A stretch of 63,092 nt of DNA, counting the filler, from Hyphochytrium catenoides (lineage: Eukaryota; Protista; Hyphochytriomycota): NCBI GenBank assembly GCA_900088475.1. It is 14 parts of 14 records of this genome, joined end to end, with 100 filler letters (N's around TTAATTAATTAA, not from the genome) between each part and the next. Parts side by side here need not be neighbours in the genome. Positions count along the whole stretch, not along the records: positions 37,260 to 53,497 come from FLMG01003803.1; positions 53,598 to 55,847 come from FLMG01003243.1; positions 55,948 to 58,837 come from FLMG01002551.1; positions 58,938 to 59,984 come from FLMG01002235.1; 10 more parts are not named here. One strand, 5' to 3'. How positions within the stretch are numbered: the stretch's first letter is position 1; each line of letters begins with the position of its first letter. Of the stretch, positions 46,587-59,984 are shown piece after piece. The notes beneath the pieces are model-generated. The model worked only from the letters and a program-made list of their open reading frames with translations. It was not told the DNA's origin and searched no databases. The position numbers and the translations under genes are program-made.

Positions 46587-49500
46587 ATGTCGTACAGGGG
46601 CCAGCAGCCTGCTCCTGCTTACCAGCACACCGGACAGGCCGCTGCATACAGTCAGCAGCAGCAGCAGCAGCCACAATATGCTGCGTACTACGGCTACCAG
46701 CAAGCTCAAGCGGCACCTCCCAGGCAGTCTTATGGACACACTTATCCGCAGCAGCAGCAGCAGCAGGCAACGCAGAATTATTCGCAGGCTCAGCAAGCTC
46801 AGCAATATGCACAGGGTTACTCTCAACAGCAGGGCAACCAAGCTTATACCCAGCTGCAGCAGAACCAAGGCTACTTGCCGAACCAACAGCAGGCGTATGG
46901 CCAAGCTGATGCCTCTCAGTACAGTCAGTACTACGCACAGCCGCAATCTCAGACCCAGACCCAAGTTTCCCAGTATCAGTACCCAGCCGGTCAAGGCTAT
47001 CAGCAACAGTACTATCAGCAGTACTATCCACAGCAGCAGCAATACACTCAGCAGCAGCAGCAATACACTCAGCAGCAGCAACAGCAACATTACGCAGCAG
47101 CGCCAGGGACCACCGACGATGCCCCTCCGGGAGTCTCAGGTATCTATTTTGCGTGTCCTTGTGAATGATGCTCGGTCTCTCTGCAGTGTTTTCTCTCTCG
47201 TCAGTCATTACTCACTTGATGAGTATCGGTTCCCTTCTGCGCACCTAGAGTACCTCTGTTCACGTCAAATAAGTAGAGACGCTATGATTTTATTACCATC
47301 TCTGCTTTGGTTGTCTTCCGCTCTAGCATTCTTAAGTGGTCCGCTGCCCCCTGGCGGTCATTGCAGCGATACATCTCATATGGCTGTATGTTCTAACCCT
47401 AGTCACTCTTTCCACTCTCAATCGGCATTCCTTTTTCTCTACGCAGCACCGTCGCCGCCACCACCGCCTCCACCACCACCACCTCCTCCCTCCACCTCTT
47501 ACTCCACGTCGACGGCTGCTGCTCCTCCTCCTCCACCTGCTGCATACACTACTAGTCAAGCGGTAGCTTCTGCTGTGAGGCCTCCTCCTCCCCCTGCCCC
47601 TTCATATAGCCAGGCTCCACCTCAACAATCCGCCTCTGCTCCTTCTTCCTCCGCGTATTCCCACCCGGGAACTTCAAGTCAACATCACGGAAGCAAACCT
47701 CCCCCTCCCTGGGCTTCCGATAGAGTTCCCTTACCTTCCATCCCTCCTCCTGCGAGAAAGCAGACGATGCAGCAGCAGTGGCACTGGTCAGATGGACGAG
47801 AATCGGCTGCTACGGAGGTAAGCTAGGACACAGTGGTTGTCGTCGATTGAGTTTTCTTGGGCTGTAACATTCTTATAGATCTGAGGACCTTTGCTCGTCT
47901 GCTGTGCTCAAACCTCGATAGTCCCAGGGTAATTTGCCTTACCTGTCCTATTTATCTGGCGTGCGTGGGTCCCATTATTTGATGTTCCACTTCCTCGGAG
48001 GCTAAAGTAAACTCCTTTTGCTTGTGCGCTGTTTGTCTCCAACTGCCTATTTTTGTTCATCTCCAGACGGAAGGGAGCAATGTAAAGTTCAATCTCTCCA
48101 AGCAACATAGCTCAAAGGGACTTGCTTCCGCTAATCCGGCCTTCAAGGAGGAAAAGGAAGAGGATAAGGCGGAGACTAAGGGAAAGAAGAAAGAAGATAA
48201 CAACGAGAATGGCTGGCCGCCATCTCTACAGGTGAAGTCTCCTTGTCTAGGGCTCTTCCTCATCCTTACCGTTGCTCTTATCAGTCTTAGCCCCAAAGGT
48301 GGGCCGGAGATCTAAAGCTCAATTATAAGAGTAGACTGAGAATCACCTTCCACTATTTTACTTCACGTCACGACTTTTCGTACCAAGTGCCGTACCGGTG
48401 ATGGAGTAGCCCTCTTCTCAATTTTAGTGACGATCCTCGTGCCCGTCTACAGAGATATGTGGAACAGGCCTTTGGGCAATGCCGTAATGATACGGAGAAG
48501 AGTCGCACTGAGGCAGCGCTAAAGGACCTTATAATGAGAGCAATGAAGCACGAAGAGCTGTGGACCAAGGATTGGGAAAACACGCCACTTCCACAGTATG
48601 ACCGCGAAATGCGCCATCTCCAGTTCTCTACTTTGCAGTCCAGCTTCCGTTGCGTCTTGCATTCGCCTGCGTATCCTTCATTGAAGAAGCTTCTCATAGC
48701 GATCTTCCCTATTTTTACTGTTTCCAGGGTCACTTCTTCGTCAGCGGCTTCTCCTAAAGCACCGAAAAGGTCAAAGAGTAAGTGCTTTCTTTCTCTCCGA
48801 CCACCTTCGTTTGAGAATCCGTGGTCCTGTTCCTCGCTTACCTAGATCTGCCTTTGGATGTGCCTTGCGCTCGATAGATTTAGGTCCTAGTAACTCAAAG
48901 TGCCATTTCTGTTGCGCAATAGTAACGTCAACACTGAAACTGTGTCTTTGAGGCGAGTAGCAATATGTTGACGCTCTTGTTCTCTCGACCTTTTCATTGG
49001 ATGACAGACAAGAACTGGAAGAATGGTGGAAATGACTCTGACGATAGTCAGGCTGATTATTTGAATCTGACCACCGGAAAGAAGAACAAGAGGAAGAAGT
49101 AAGAACCCTGCCTCTGCCTCTTGTTGTTGCCAAATCAATCTCGTTGTGGAAGGTTTTGCGGAATCTCCTCTTCCTTTCGATGAAAGAAGGGTTTTCGGCG
49201 AGAGGGTTGGGAAGACGTCGGTGGACGGGAGAGAGAAGGATAGGAATCGAAGAGAAAGTAGAGAAAAGAAGGGAACCAAGAGGTAGAAGGACACAGAGAG
49301 AGAGAGAGAGGGAGAGAAAGAGAGACATACTCACACACGTTGTACTGGGAACCCGCAATAGTTGCTTTACCTGCCATTGCCTGTTTCCTAACCTTCTCCC
49401 ATCTCCCTTCTCTACTATTTCTTCATCCCACTTCCCGACTGCAGTGCCGCTGGAGCAGATCCTCTTGAAGTTGCTCGCCGTCAGCAGCGGGCAAACCGAT

Positions 49501-51775
49501 TCATCGCCTCGGGTATTTCAGGACAAGGGCAGGCACCATACCAAAGCGTACGGACAGTCTCGCGATGTTATTCACCACCTCTATGTCCAGTTCTGTAGTT
49601 GCGCTATGTGCCCTTGCGTTTCTGAATGGCCCCCGTCGCTTGCCGTCTCCCCTACACTCTTCCCTGCGGATATATTGCATAACCTTTCTCGCTTCTTTTT
49701 ATAATATGCTGGCTCCAGGCTCAGACTCTGCCGACGAAAGCTGAGCTTCCCATGGACGAAAATGGAGAGATTGATTGGGATGCTCTGACCATCAAGGGAA
49801 CCTGCACGACCCTAGAGAAGGAGTACTTCAGGCTTACTTCGGTAAAAAGTTATTTATTGAGGAAGCAGTGGCTCGTGCTAGATCTGCTGCCTCTGCGTCC
49901 TTTTATAGCATCCTAAACCTTATCGAGCTTTCCCGGTCATCAAGCCGCTTTGATATGCCCATATACACTGTATTCCTATGTCCTGGAAGCGTAGGGCAGT
50001 CGGCTCCTTAAAAAACTTTTCCTCCCTCAAGTGCATTGGCCTCAGATATAGTTCTCGTTGCCTTCTCTTGTTCCTGTTCGGCAGGTTTGATTATTCCATG
50101 CGATTCTTCATTCTGTCACCTCCGCTCATTGGCGCAAACCACCTGCACCCCTTTGGTGCATGACTGCTCTCCTTGTCCATAGGCTCCCGACCCATCCACG
50201 GTTCGACCGCAGGATATTCTCTCCAAAGCTCTACGGCAACTGAAGCGGCGGTGGGCTTTCAAGGAAGTGGACTATATATATGCGTGTAGCCAGCTCAAGG
50301 CCATGAGGCAGGATTTGACGGTAAAGCCTGTGCTAGATTCAGAAGAAGAAGTGGGAGTGTTAGTTGGCGGCAGTGCGTAGTATGCGGTAGACCAGCTTAA
50401 GTGCCGTTTGCAAAAGGATGATTTTCGCTGTGCTTTTCGTACTATAGGGCATTGTATATTGCCAGATTCCTTATTAGCCATGTCTTTTAAGGAGTTGTCC
50501 TCACCAATAGTCTCACTTTCTGACCATCACAGGTTCAGCGGATAAAGAATGAGTTCACGGTGGAGGTGTACGAGTGCCATGCTAGGATAGCTTTAGAACA
50601 GGTTAGTTCAGTGAACCCGTCTATGGACCTGTCGCTCCTCTTTGGCAGGCAAGGTGGCGGTCTATATCACCTCCGGGACGCTCGTCCTCACAGGCACGCC
50701 TTTTGTCTGTCTGTGCAGGGCGATATGAATGAGTTCAATCAATGTCAGACTCAGTTGCAGGAACTCTATCAGGCCAGGATCAGTGGCCAGGCAATGGAGT
50801 TCCTGGCATATCGGATCCTCTATACACTTTATGTACAAGGGAAGAAGAAGTTTAACGATGGGAGTTCAGGTGTGCCGTTCACTCTTCATCTTCGTGTCCT
50901 TGACATCCGTGTTGCCTTTCTCTGCATTGCACTTGCTGTGAGTCCGTTATTTCTAAGATTAGGGCCCCTACACTGGCGTACTTCTTTCTATTCAGCGGCA
51001 CTGACAACATTGGGCGCCGCCGGTGGCTATATCGTCATCCGTATCAACGCTTTGGCTCGTCTCTCCGTTCTGCAACTTTCCATGGAGAATGATAGATGAT
51101 TGCTTTGAATCCCCTAACTCCTCCGCTACCTATTGTCTATGAACTCATTTGTTCCCTCAATGTGTCTATTTCATTGCCCGTCTCTCCGTTGCGTTAGTCA
51201 TGGCCACGATGCTAAAGGAAATCAAACCAACTGAAGCTTCTCACGAGGCTGTCTCTCACGCTCTGTTGGTCCGCGCCTCCCTTGCGGAAGAGAACTATCA
51301 CAGATTCTTCAAGCTCTACGACTGTTGTCCAAACATGGGCGCTTACATCATGGATTTTATTGCTGAATCAGTCAGAATAAAGGCACTCAATAGGATAGTT
51401 AAAGGTAAAGAGAAAGACGTGGGGAGCAGCTGCATCTGATCTTTTCCCTTTTTATCCTTATCCAAGCTGTGGTGCAGTGTCCCTTTGCCAAAGAGCGCCT
51501 TTTCCCCATATTTGCCTGTTCGTCTCATAATCGCGGGTGCCGCAGAGCTGACACCTGTTCTTCTTCTCTTTATGCTCTCTCTCTCTTACACAGCATATCG
51601 TCCTTCCGTACCGGTCCACTTTGTTCGACGTGAGCTGGCTTTGGAGGAGGACGAGCCGTGGAATAAGTTCAAGGAAGAAACAGCGCTGCAGCTGTTGGAG
51701 AATGGAAAGGACATTGACGTGAAAGCGACACGAGAGAAGGGCCAGCTCACTACGATGGGCCATAGTCTTATATAA
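46587..51775 (+). CDS. LENG8: SAC3/GANP-family protein LENG8/Thp3 with a Q/Y-rich and Pro-rich N-terminus
   Basis: GWPPSLQ|RYVEQAF...LWTKDWENTPLP; IKGTCTTLEKEYFRLTS|APDPSTVRP; CSQLKAMRQDLT|VQRIKNEFTVEVYECHARIALE; GDMNEFNQCQTQL; EFLAYRILY; NYHRFFKLY..PNMGAY; AYRP. Confidence 0.92.
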
Positions 51776-52002
51776 TAACTTAAAAAGGCCTAGACCCATC
51801 CTCTCTGTGCCGTTCTTTGGTTTAAACACTCTCTTCCGTCTATTGCTCCATCTTAAACTAGAGATGCGGAACCTTCGCAAAGGAGAATGTACCTGGAACC
51901 GCGTTTCGGCAGCACAAACCCACGGAGAGAAGAAAGTATGAACAAGGAGACAATATGTAAGGGGGAGAGCGAAGGAAAGGCAAGTCAGTCACAGGAAACC
52001 AA

Positions 52003-53241
52003 TCACCCTTGTTTTCTCTTGATCGTACCTTGATCTCCGCATCGGGCTCTTTGTATAAGAGCTGCGTCGGCCAACACCAAGGCAGCCATTGCCTCAACAA
52101 GCGGGCTCGTGCGAGGAAGAACGCATGGGTCGTGCCTTCCCTTCGCCTCAAGGACTGTCTCTGCTCCCTCAAAATCTGCTGTCTGTTGGGCCTGACCGAT
52201 GGTGGAAACAGGCTTCACCGCCACTCGGAAGATGATGTCTGAACCGCTACTAATGCCGCCAAGAGTGCCACCTAGAGGAAAAACGGGAAAAAGTGACGCC
52301 GTTGAGCTGAAGTCCACCACAATAGGGACATATAGGGCAAGGAAGAGTTGGAATTTGTCTGTTTGCTCGTAGCGGTCGAGGCGGAACGAATGAAGATGCT
52401 TAGTAGAAGAGGTAGACAACATAATAACCAGCAGGGACGAAGTACGTGAGGGAGGAAAGGAGATCGAACGGCAATGACGTCTTCTCTCCAGGGAAAAAAG
52501 AGCTAAAACAGAGCAGCAATGGAAGATCCTTCTTCGTACCCGCGAAGTTGGACTTTGTGCTGAGGTAGCCCTGCCTGTCGCCCTTAATAAACGCATCATT
52601 GTGCTGACTGCCTCTTAACCTGACGCCTTGGAAACCAGAGCCAATCTCGAATCCCTTGGTAGCGGGAAGGGAGAGCATTGCGTGCGCCAGCTTGGCCTCC
52701 AGCTTGTCGAAGCATGGCTCACCCAGACCAGGAGGCACGTTTGTGCAGATGCAAGTGATAACACCACCTGCCAAACACAGAGAGCCGATGATAAGATGAA
52801 AGAAGAGGAAGATGACCTCAGTAAAGAGACAGGAATGACATGTTAAGGTACTAGAAAGAAATCCAAGAGTCAGTATACGCGACAGAGGAGCGCAAAGGGG
52901 ATAAGAAGAAGAGAAAGAGAGAGACTTGACGGGACGTTGCTGCTGAACTACCGAACTTTTAGATGACAATAACGACATGAGAAACCCCGCCGCTGCTAGG
53001 AAAAGCAATAAGACGGGAAGGGGCGAACTCAAACTGGAGAAGACTAGACCTTAAAGGTAGAAGGAAAGAGAAAGTGAAATATGTTACCTATCGAGTCCTG
53101 TTCGGACTTGACCTGCCGAATGAGGGTGGCCATCTTGCAAGCAGTGGCAGGATGAGGACACCGCACAGGCACCACATCCTCACTCTTCCACTGATCTAAG
53201 TCCGACGGGGCAGTAACAATCACGCCTTCACGGTCGTATAC
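52003..53241 (-). CDS. aroC: Chorismate synthase, 3' three exons (5' part lost at contig end)
   Basis: VRCPHP...[46 protein letters not shown]; [13 protein letters not shown]; [11 protein letters not shown]; [11 protein letters not shown]. Confidence 0.95.
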
Positions 53242-53944
53242 CTAGTCCGAGTGATAAAGTGAGATTTGGAGGCCTACCGTCAAATCTCTCGCTTCCTTAT
53301 CTTGCTCTCTCCTTTTACCGTTCCTGTGGGCCTCCTTCACAACACTCTCTACACATTTCCCTCTGCACTTCCGATTCCCTCATTCCCGGTAAAGCTCTCT
53401 GTCTCTGTCTCTGTCTCTCTCTTTTATCTCTCTGGCTGTCAGTCTCTCTATCTCTCTATCTATACCCAGATGACCCCAATACCGTTCTTCCTCTGCTNNN
53501 NNNNNNNNNNNNNNNNNNNNNNNNNNNNNNNNNNNNNNNNNTTAATTAATTAANNNNNNNNNNNNNNNNNNNNNNNNNNNNNNNNNNNNNNNNNNNNAGG
53601 GACAGAAGCGGAGACAGAGAGAGACAGAGAGAAAGGACGGGAAGAGAGAGAGAAGAGAAGAGAGTCAAATATTCAATGTTAGTAGTCCATAGGAAGGTAC
53701 GGGATCGCACAAGAAAGAGTAAGAGTAAGCTCAGGAAGAGAGAGTGACACATAACGAGACCATCGAGTCAGAAGGAAGAGAGAAAGGGCAGAGAGAGACA
53801 GAGAAAGAAAGAGAACCAAAGGACAAGAAGTGAGAAAAAGAAGGCAAAGAAAGAGAGGAGCTATAGAAGAGGTAAGAGACTTGATAGGAAGTGAGAGGCG
53901 GCAAAATCCAAGGAGGATAGAGACCCTTGAAAAGGGAGAAGAAA

Positions 53945-54225
53945 TGATACACAGAGGGAGAGAAAGAGGCACAAAGAGGGAGAGAAAGAGAGGCACACAG
54001 AGAGAGAAAGAGAGGCACACAGAGAGAAAAAGAGGCACACAGAGAGAAAAGGAGAGGCACAGAAAGAGAGAGGCACAGAGAGAGAAAAAGACGCACAGAG
54101 AGAGAGAGAAAGAGAGGCACAGAGAGAGAGAAAGAGAGGCACAGAGAGAGATAGAGAGTGAAACAGAGCGAGAGAAAGAGAGAGAGAAACAGAGAAAGAG
54201 AGAGAGACAGAGAGAGAGAGAGAAG
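53945..54225 (+). repeat. Degenerate ~20-bp minisatellite (AGAGAAAGAGAGGCACACAG-like) merging into (AG)n
   Basis: About 8-9 tandem imperfect copies of ..AGAGAGGCACA(C)AG.. inside an intron of the minus-strand STPG-like gene. Confidence 0.7.
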
Positions 54226-54251
54226 AGAGTGATGAAGACGAGTTAGCTTAC

Positions 54252-55730
54252 TCTTCAGTCTCAAACCTCTTCTCTGTGGACCCAAATGGAGCCTTCAGAG
54301 TCTCGGCTCTTTGCACGTCCAACGTTGAGGGGAGAGAGTAGGCGCCGGGACCAGGACGTGGAGAGAGAGAGAGAGAGCCTTTCTCTCTCTCTTTCGTCAT
54401 ACTCTGAAGAAGATGGGCGGGGACAATCACTTTTTTGCTCTCCTCTTCCCCAAGAAGAGGGAGAGCTCTGGAGAGAAATGCTTCCATAGGATTTCCTTTC
54501 AATGGTGTCCTGACCCTGACCAGGCGGCACGTAAGTGGAGAGAAAAGAGAAAGAGAGAGACACAAAGGAGGAAAGAAGCAAGGGAGAAAGGAGAAAAGAA
54601 GCAGAATTACTAGGACAAAGAACAGGGAAGTAGGATAGGAAATGGGAGAGGGAGAGACCCAAAAAGGAGATAGGAAATGAGAGAGAAAGATAAGGAGCTG
54701 AAGAAGAGAGAGGTTTTTTACTATCTAAGAAGACAGAGAGAGAGAGAGAGAGAAAGAAAGAAAGTAAAAGAAGTCAATCGATTCTACAGCTAAGCGAGAG
54801 AGAGAGACTGAGAGGGATCCCTACAGAAGACAGAAAGTACAGAAGAGAGAGGAAGAGAGACTTACTCTTTATTCTGTGCAGCTTTCTCGCTGTTAGAGAC
54901 GTAGGAGCCAGGACCGGGAGTCGTTGACTCCAGCTTGCGGTGGTTGCACTGAGTCAGAGAGAGAGAGAGAGAGAGACAGAGACAGAAACAGAAACAGAAA
55001 CAGAGACAGAGAGAGAAAGGATTAGCAGAGAGAGAAGAGAGAACTGAGATGGCAGTACGGGAAGCATGACAAAACGCTGAAAGAGAAGCCAATAGCAGAG
55101 GTCTGAGGGAACAGACAGAGAGAGTTGAAGACGAGGGAGACAAAAGAGTGAAAAAGAGAGAGAGAGATCTGACCAGTACAAGAAGCAGAGAGAGAGAGAC
55201 AGAAAGAGTAGATCTGAACCGTCGGCTTTGCAATCTTCGCTGCAGTGGCAGTGCCAGTAAGTCTAACATTGTAGCTGCCTGCAGGCCATCAGAGAGAAAA
55301 TGGGGGAGTGTGAGAGCGACAGAGAGAGNNNNNNNNNNNNNNNNNNNNNNNNNNNNNNAAAGAAGAGAAGGGAGAATGTTATCAAGAGACTGGAGTCTTA
55401 GGACAGAACGCAAACGCGAGGAAAGGAAGGAGGGCAGGAACAGAAGTTGTGAAGAACGATAACGGGAGAGAGAGAGAGAAGGAGAAAAAGACAGGAGGAG
55501 AGAGAGAAACAGAGACCTGGTCCGGGTAGATCTCCTCTCTCTCCCTTATGACCAAGGTGCACGGCCTCTCTAGGAACTGTCGTCCCATCAGGCGTGTGAA
55601 GATAGCCGAAGGACTGCGCCGTGGAAGGAATTGACGGGACGCTTCTCCGGTTGGTCAAGAGGAGCGCGGTGCTTGCTCGCGGTCTTGTCTCTCTCTCTCT
55701 CCTTCCCGTACCCGTGCGTGCTCCCGCCCT
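54252..55730 (-). CDS. Sperm-tail PG-rich (SHIPPO/STPG) repeat protein, internal exons; probable flagellar protein
   Basis: VPSIPSTAQSFGY...GDLPGPG; STTPGPGSYV; RPGPGAYSLPSTL...APFGSTEKRF. PGPGxY repeats with an FGS...RF tail. Confidence 0.75.
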
Positions 55731-56591
55731 AACGAGGAGACAAAGTACAGGTTAGGAAGAGCCGAAAGAGAGTGAGAGAGAGGTAGACAAAAAGTGTGAG
55801 AGAGGAAGAGAGAGAGAGAGAAAAAAAAGAGAGAGAGAGAGAGAGAGNNNNNNNNNNNNNNNNNNNNNNNNNNNNNNNNNNNNNNNNNNNNTTAATTAAT
55901 TAANNNNNNNNNNNNNNNNNNNNNNNNNNNNNNNNNNNNNNNNNNNNTCAGAGCCAACATCATCTTCCCTGTTCTACGCTTTCCCTCTCTCGCTCTCTTA
56001 TTCTCTCTCTTCTCTCTCTCTCTCTGACTCTCTCTCTCTCTGACTCTCTCTCTTCTCTCTAAATCTATGTATTCTCGCCTCTCTGGCTCATTCCCAGCTT
56101 TCTCGCATTTTGCTCTTATGTTTGGATGCCTCCCTTCTCATCGCCCTGTGGTTGTACCTCGTATCAAGTTTTTCTTACATGTCGGTCCCCTCTCTCTCTC
56201 CTGTCCGACGCCCTTTGTTGTCGTGATCTAATCATTCGCTCTCTCTCTCTCTCGCTGTCTCTCTCCCACTCGCTGTCTCTCCTCTCCCTCTCGCTCTCTC
56301 TTCACCGGTTCTCGCCCTTGTTCAGTCCTTCATTCTTCTTGAAGGGCCAAGATCTTTCAACTTTTCCCCTTCTCCGCTCGCAGCATCGCCCAAAGAGCAA
56401 AGAAGAAGCAGCAAGTGGTCTGCATCCATTGAGAGGCCATGCCGCTGGCCGCCAGATGAATCCGCTTCAAAAAAAGGAAACTCAAAACCAGAGTGGAAAG
56501 AGAGAGAGAAAAGAGAGAGAGAATCGTCGCACTTCCTCTCTCTCGCTCTCTCTTTCTTTCATTGTCCTTAAACCTTAACTTTCTATAGATT

Positions 56592-56820
56592 ATGACTGGA
56601 AGCCGTCAAGGCATGGCGCCCACTCAGTGTGAGCTTAATGTCCCTCAGGCACTCGAGAGCATAGGCGCTGCTTTCCTGGCGTGAGTCTTCACACACACTC
56701 TCTCTCTCTCTCTCCTGCGTGTCTCTGTTTCTGTGGCTCTCACCCTGTGTCTCTCTGAGTCTGTCTGTCTGTTTGTCTGTCTCTCCTTCTTTCATCTGTC
56801 CCCCAAATGTCCCAACACAT

Positions 56821-56853
<33 letters not shown>

Positions 56854-56965
56854 CTGTCCGTATGTCTGTCCTCCTCTCCCTTGTTGCTTCTCTCTCTCTC
56901 TCTCTCTCTCTCTCTCNNNNNNNNNNNNNNNNNNNNNNNNNNNNNNNNNNNNNNNNNNNNNNNNN

Positions 56966-57004
<39 letters not shown>

Positions 57005-57175
57005 ATCAGTCTAGAGAGAGAGAAGCAGCGCCTGGAGACTGAGGTGCAGAGACTTCAGGCAGAAAACAGCAAATTGCAGCAGCTCAACCAGAATCTTCAG
57101 GCCACTGTCCTTACCCTCAAAGAGGCACTTACAGTACGGAGTTGAGATGTCTCGATTTCTCTGTCTGTCTCTCCC

Positions 57176-57218
<43 letters not shown>

Positions 57219-58796
57219 CCCTTCCCCGCAGAAGCTCTTTCTGACCATTGTCCAATCTTGGATATATCTAAAATGCTACCTGCTCCTTACTCTCTCTCTT
57301 CCTCGCTCTGTTCCTCGTGTTTAGTTCCCTTAGTTTGTTTTGTTTCCCTTGCTCTCGAGTTTTTCTCGTCACGAACTATCACTTCTCTCTTCCTCTTTCA
57401 AACATTGCCTCTGAAAATCCGAGTTCATTTCGTTTCTCTCTCTCTCTAACTCTTTCCCCCCCCCCCTTCTCCCTTTCTATCTCTCCCTCTTTTTCTCTCT
57501 CCCTCTTTTTCTCTCTCTCCTCTCCCTTTTCGTTCAAATTCTCTCAAATGAAGAAGGAAGACGGCGTGCGCAGTCCAGATGAAGAGCCACCGCAAGGCCC
57601 AGCAAGAGGTAGGGGGAGCTCCACGCTTTCTCTCGCCATTCTTCTCTATTTCTCTCTTACAATCTACCTCTTTTTATATCTTTTCTTTCCTTTCTTCCTC
57701 TTTCTGTCTCTTTTTTCTCTCTCTTTTCTTTCTCTCTCTCTCTCTCTCGGTGTCGCTCCCTCTCCCCTTTCCCCTTTCTACTCTTCCTCGACCCTTTTAT
57801 TCTCTCACACGCTTTCTCACATATGTTTCTCTACTTCGATCCATCTAGTCTCTGTCTGTCTCTATCTGTCTGTCAGTCTCTGTCTGTCGGTATGTCTCTC
57901 TGTCTCTGTCTCTCTCTTTCTCTCTCTCTGTCTCTCTTTCTCTCTCTCTATCTGTGTGTCTCTTGTCTTTGTGCCCTAACTAAGCTAGTAGTCTCCTCTG
58001 CCCCTGCTGCAGTCACACCTGCGGAGCTACTGATCTCTTCTGCTCCGCTGCGCGGCCCTGACACGAGTGATAAAGCCGCCGCTCCAGTCAGACCTCCTTC
58101 CAGTGATGGCGCTAGACACAGATCACCGCCCAGTAAGGACCAAATTCTCTTTCTTCCTTGTCTCTTTCCCGTCTCCCTCTCGCATCCTGTCTCTCTCTGT
58201 TCTCTCTCTCTCTCTCTCTCTCTTGCTTACCTCTTGTCAGTCTGTTTCTGTCATGTTCTCGGATTGTTAATTTTTCTCTCTTCCTCTATCTCTGTGTGCT
58301 AAGCTGTCTTTCCGTCGCCTTTCTTCAAAATTTCTCCTCCGTTTGTCATCTGCACAATCTCGCTCTCTCTTTTGTCCTTCTTCTAAGCGCGTTCCTTTTT
58401 TCCTAACTTTAGTTTCCACTGTCTCCCTCTCTCTCTCCCTCTCTCTCTCTTCTCTCTCTNNNNNNNNNNNNNNNNNNNNNNNNNNNNNNNNNNNNNNNNN
58501 NNNNNNNNNNNNNNNNTCTCTCTCCCTCTCCCTCTCTCTCCCTCTCTCTTCTCTCTCTCTCTTCTCTCCTTTTTACCACCCTCGCTACCTCTCTTGGCTT
58601 ACCTCTCACAGAGTCAAAGACCGCTTCCTCTCCTGTTCGGCGTCCCGCTGTAAAGTCCGTTCGTTTCTCTTCCTCTCCCCACGCGGTAGACAGCGGAGGC
58701 GGGGCGTGGGAGACTCACAGCTCTTCAGGCTCCAGAGAGCTCTCCGATTTGGAGTTCAATCCTTACAAGATCAAGACCACGATCAGACACCACCTG
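56592..58796 (+). CDS. Striatin-like protein, 5' part (N-terminal coiled coil up to the start of the WD40 region)
   Basis: Spliced LNVPQALESIGAAFLA|LEREKQRLETEVQRLQAENSKLQQLNQNLQATVLTLKEAL is in register with striatin LQGERKGQENLKKDLVRRIKMLEYAL. A later exon FNPYKIKTTIRHHL resembles WNPKFTLRSHF. Consensus recalled from memory. Confidence 0.55.
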
Positions 58797-58961
58797 GTCA
58801 GGAAGGGAGCTCCTCTTGTGTCTTATTCTCTCTCTCTNNNNNNNNNNNNNNNNNNNNNNNNNNNNNNNNNNNNNNNNNNNNTTAATTAATTAANNNNNNN
58901 NNNNNNNNNNNNNNNNNNNNNNNNNNNNNNNNNNNNNGGGGGAGAGAGAGAGAGAGGGGGG

Positions 58962-58993
<32 letters not shown>

Positions 58994-59246
58994 CAGAGAG
59001 AGAGCGTGTACCAAAATGAGAGAAAGAGTGGGAGGGAGATATGGGTTGCGAGAGAGACCAAAAATGCGAGCCACAATTGGAGCAGATGCAAGAGTAGGCA
59101 ATCTAAGAAATCTACCAAGGGATGAAGTAGCACCCACTGGGAAGAGAAAGAGCATCCCAACAGAGAGATACACATGCAGACATACAGAGAGAGAACGGGA
59201 GACAAAGAGAAAAGTAAATAAGAGGACAGAGAAAAAACGAGAGGAA

Positions 59247-59984
59247 CTAGCAAACGGGAGAGACGCTCCACAGACCAGCAGCGAGCTCCACTAGTGCCTG
59301 GACTGCGCCTTCGTTGACCATTCTGACAGCGTTATCGTGATGAAAGGACCAGTTCCTTAGGGTCGCAGCACAACGCTGCTTCGCCTCGAACTTGTTCTCC
59401 TTGCCCTCTCCATCCTGCTGTGCCTTCTCTCTCGCCTCTGTCTGCTTTGTCAGCTTGCTCTCATTGTCAGGAAGACCTTCCTCACAGGCAGGAGACACTA
59501 TTGTCTTGGAGTTGGAAGGCATCCCTGCATTGGGAAGGGCAGACCGAGGGAGTCACCGACCAGGCGGACGTGTTTGATAGAAGTTAAAAGAGGTTCTGAA
59601 CTGGGAAAGAGATGGTGGACTGAGATTTTCTCTCTCTTGCACGACTGGACATGAGGCAAGACATTGGAGAGAGGAGGATAAACGGCGGACACGGGAAGAG
59701 CGGGACAGGGATAGAGGTACATAAGGGAACAGAAAAACAGGCCCGCGCGAAAGAGAGAGAGGAAAGATTAAGGGGAGCCTGCGCACATGAGAGAGACAGA
59801 GAGAAAGAGAGAGAGAGAGAGCAAGGATTCGTTCCTTTCCCTTCCTTACCAGCTGCGAGCTGCTTGAGCTCGAGTTGTCCCTTCATGCGACTGCGATAGA
59901 CCATTCCATTGACATAATTCCCGCGCGTGCCAAAGATATCTCCCATGTAACTGCGGAACACTTTCCCTTCTTCTTCCTGACCTT
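59247..59984 (-). CDS. Armadillo-repeat protein fragment
   Basis: Exons GKVFRSYMGDIFGTRGNY...KQLAA| and ...KQRCAATLRNWSFHHDNAVRMVNEGAVQALVELA (ARM consensus A..L.N....N...V..GAV..LV.L). Confidence 0.6.

Noticed and set aside
46513-47208. Long antisense ORFs (poly-L/poly-A) over the LENG8 first exon; also 11864-12445 antisense to the Cys-rich gene
   Set aside because: Shadow frames of CAG-rich or GC3-rich coding sequence.
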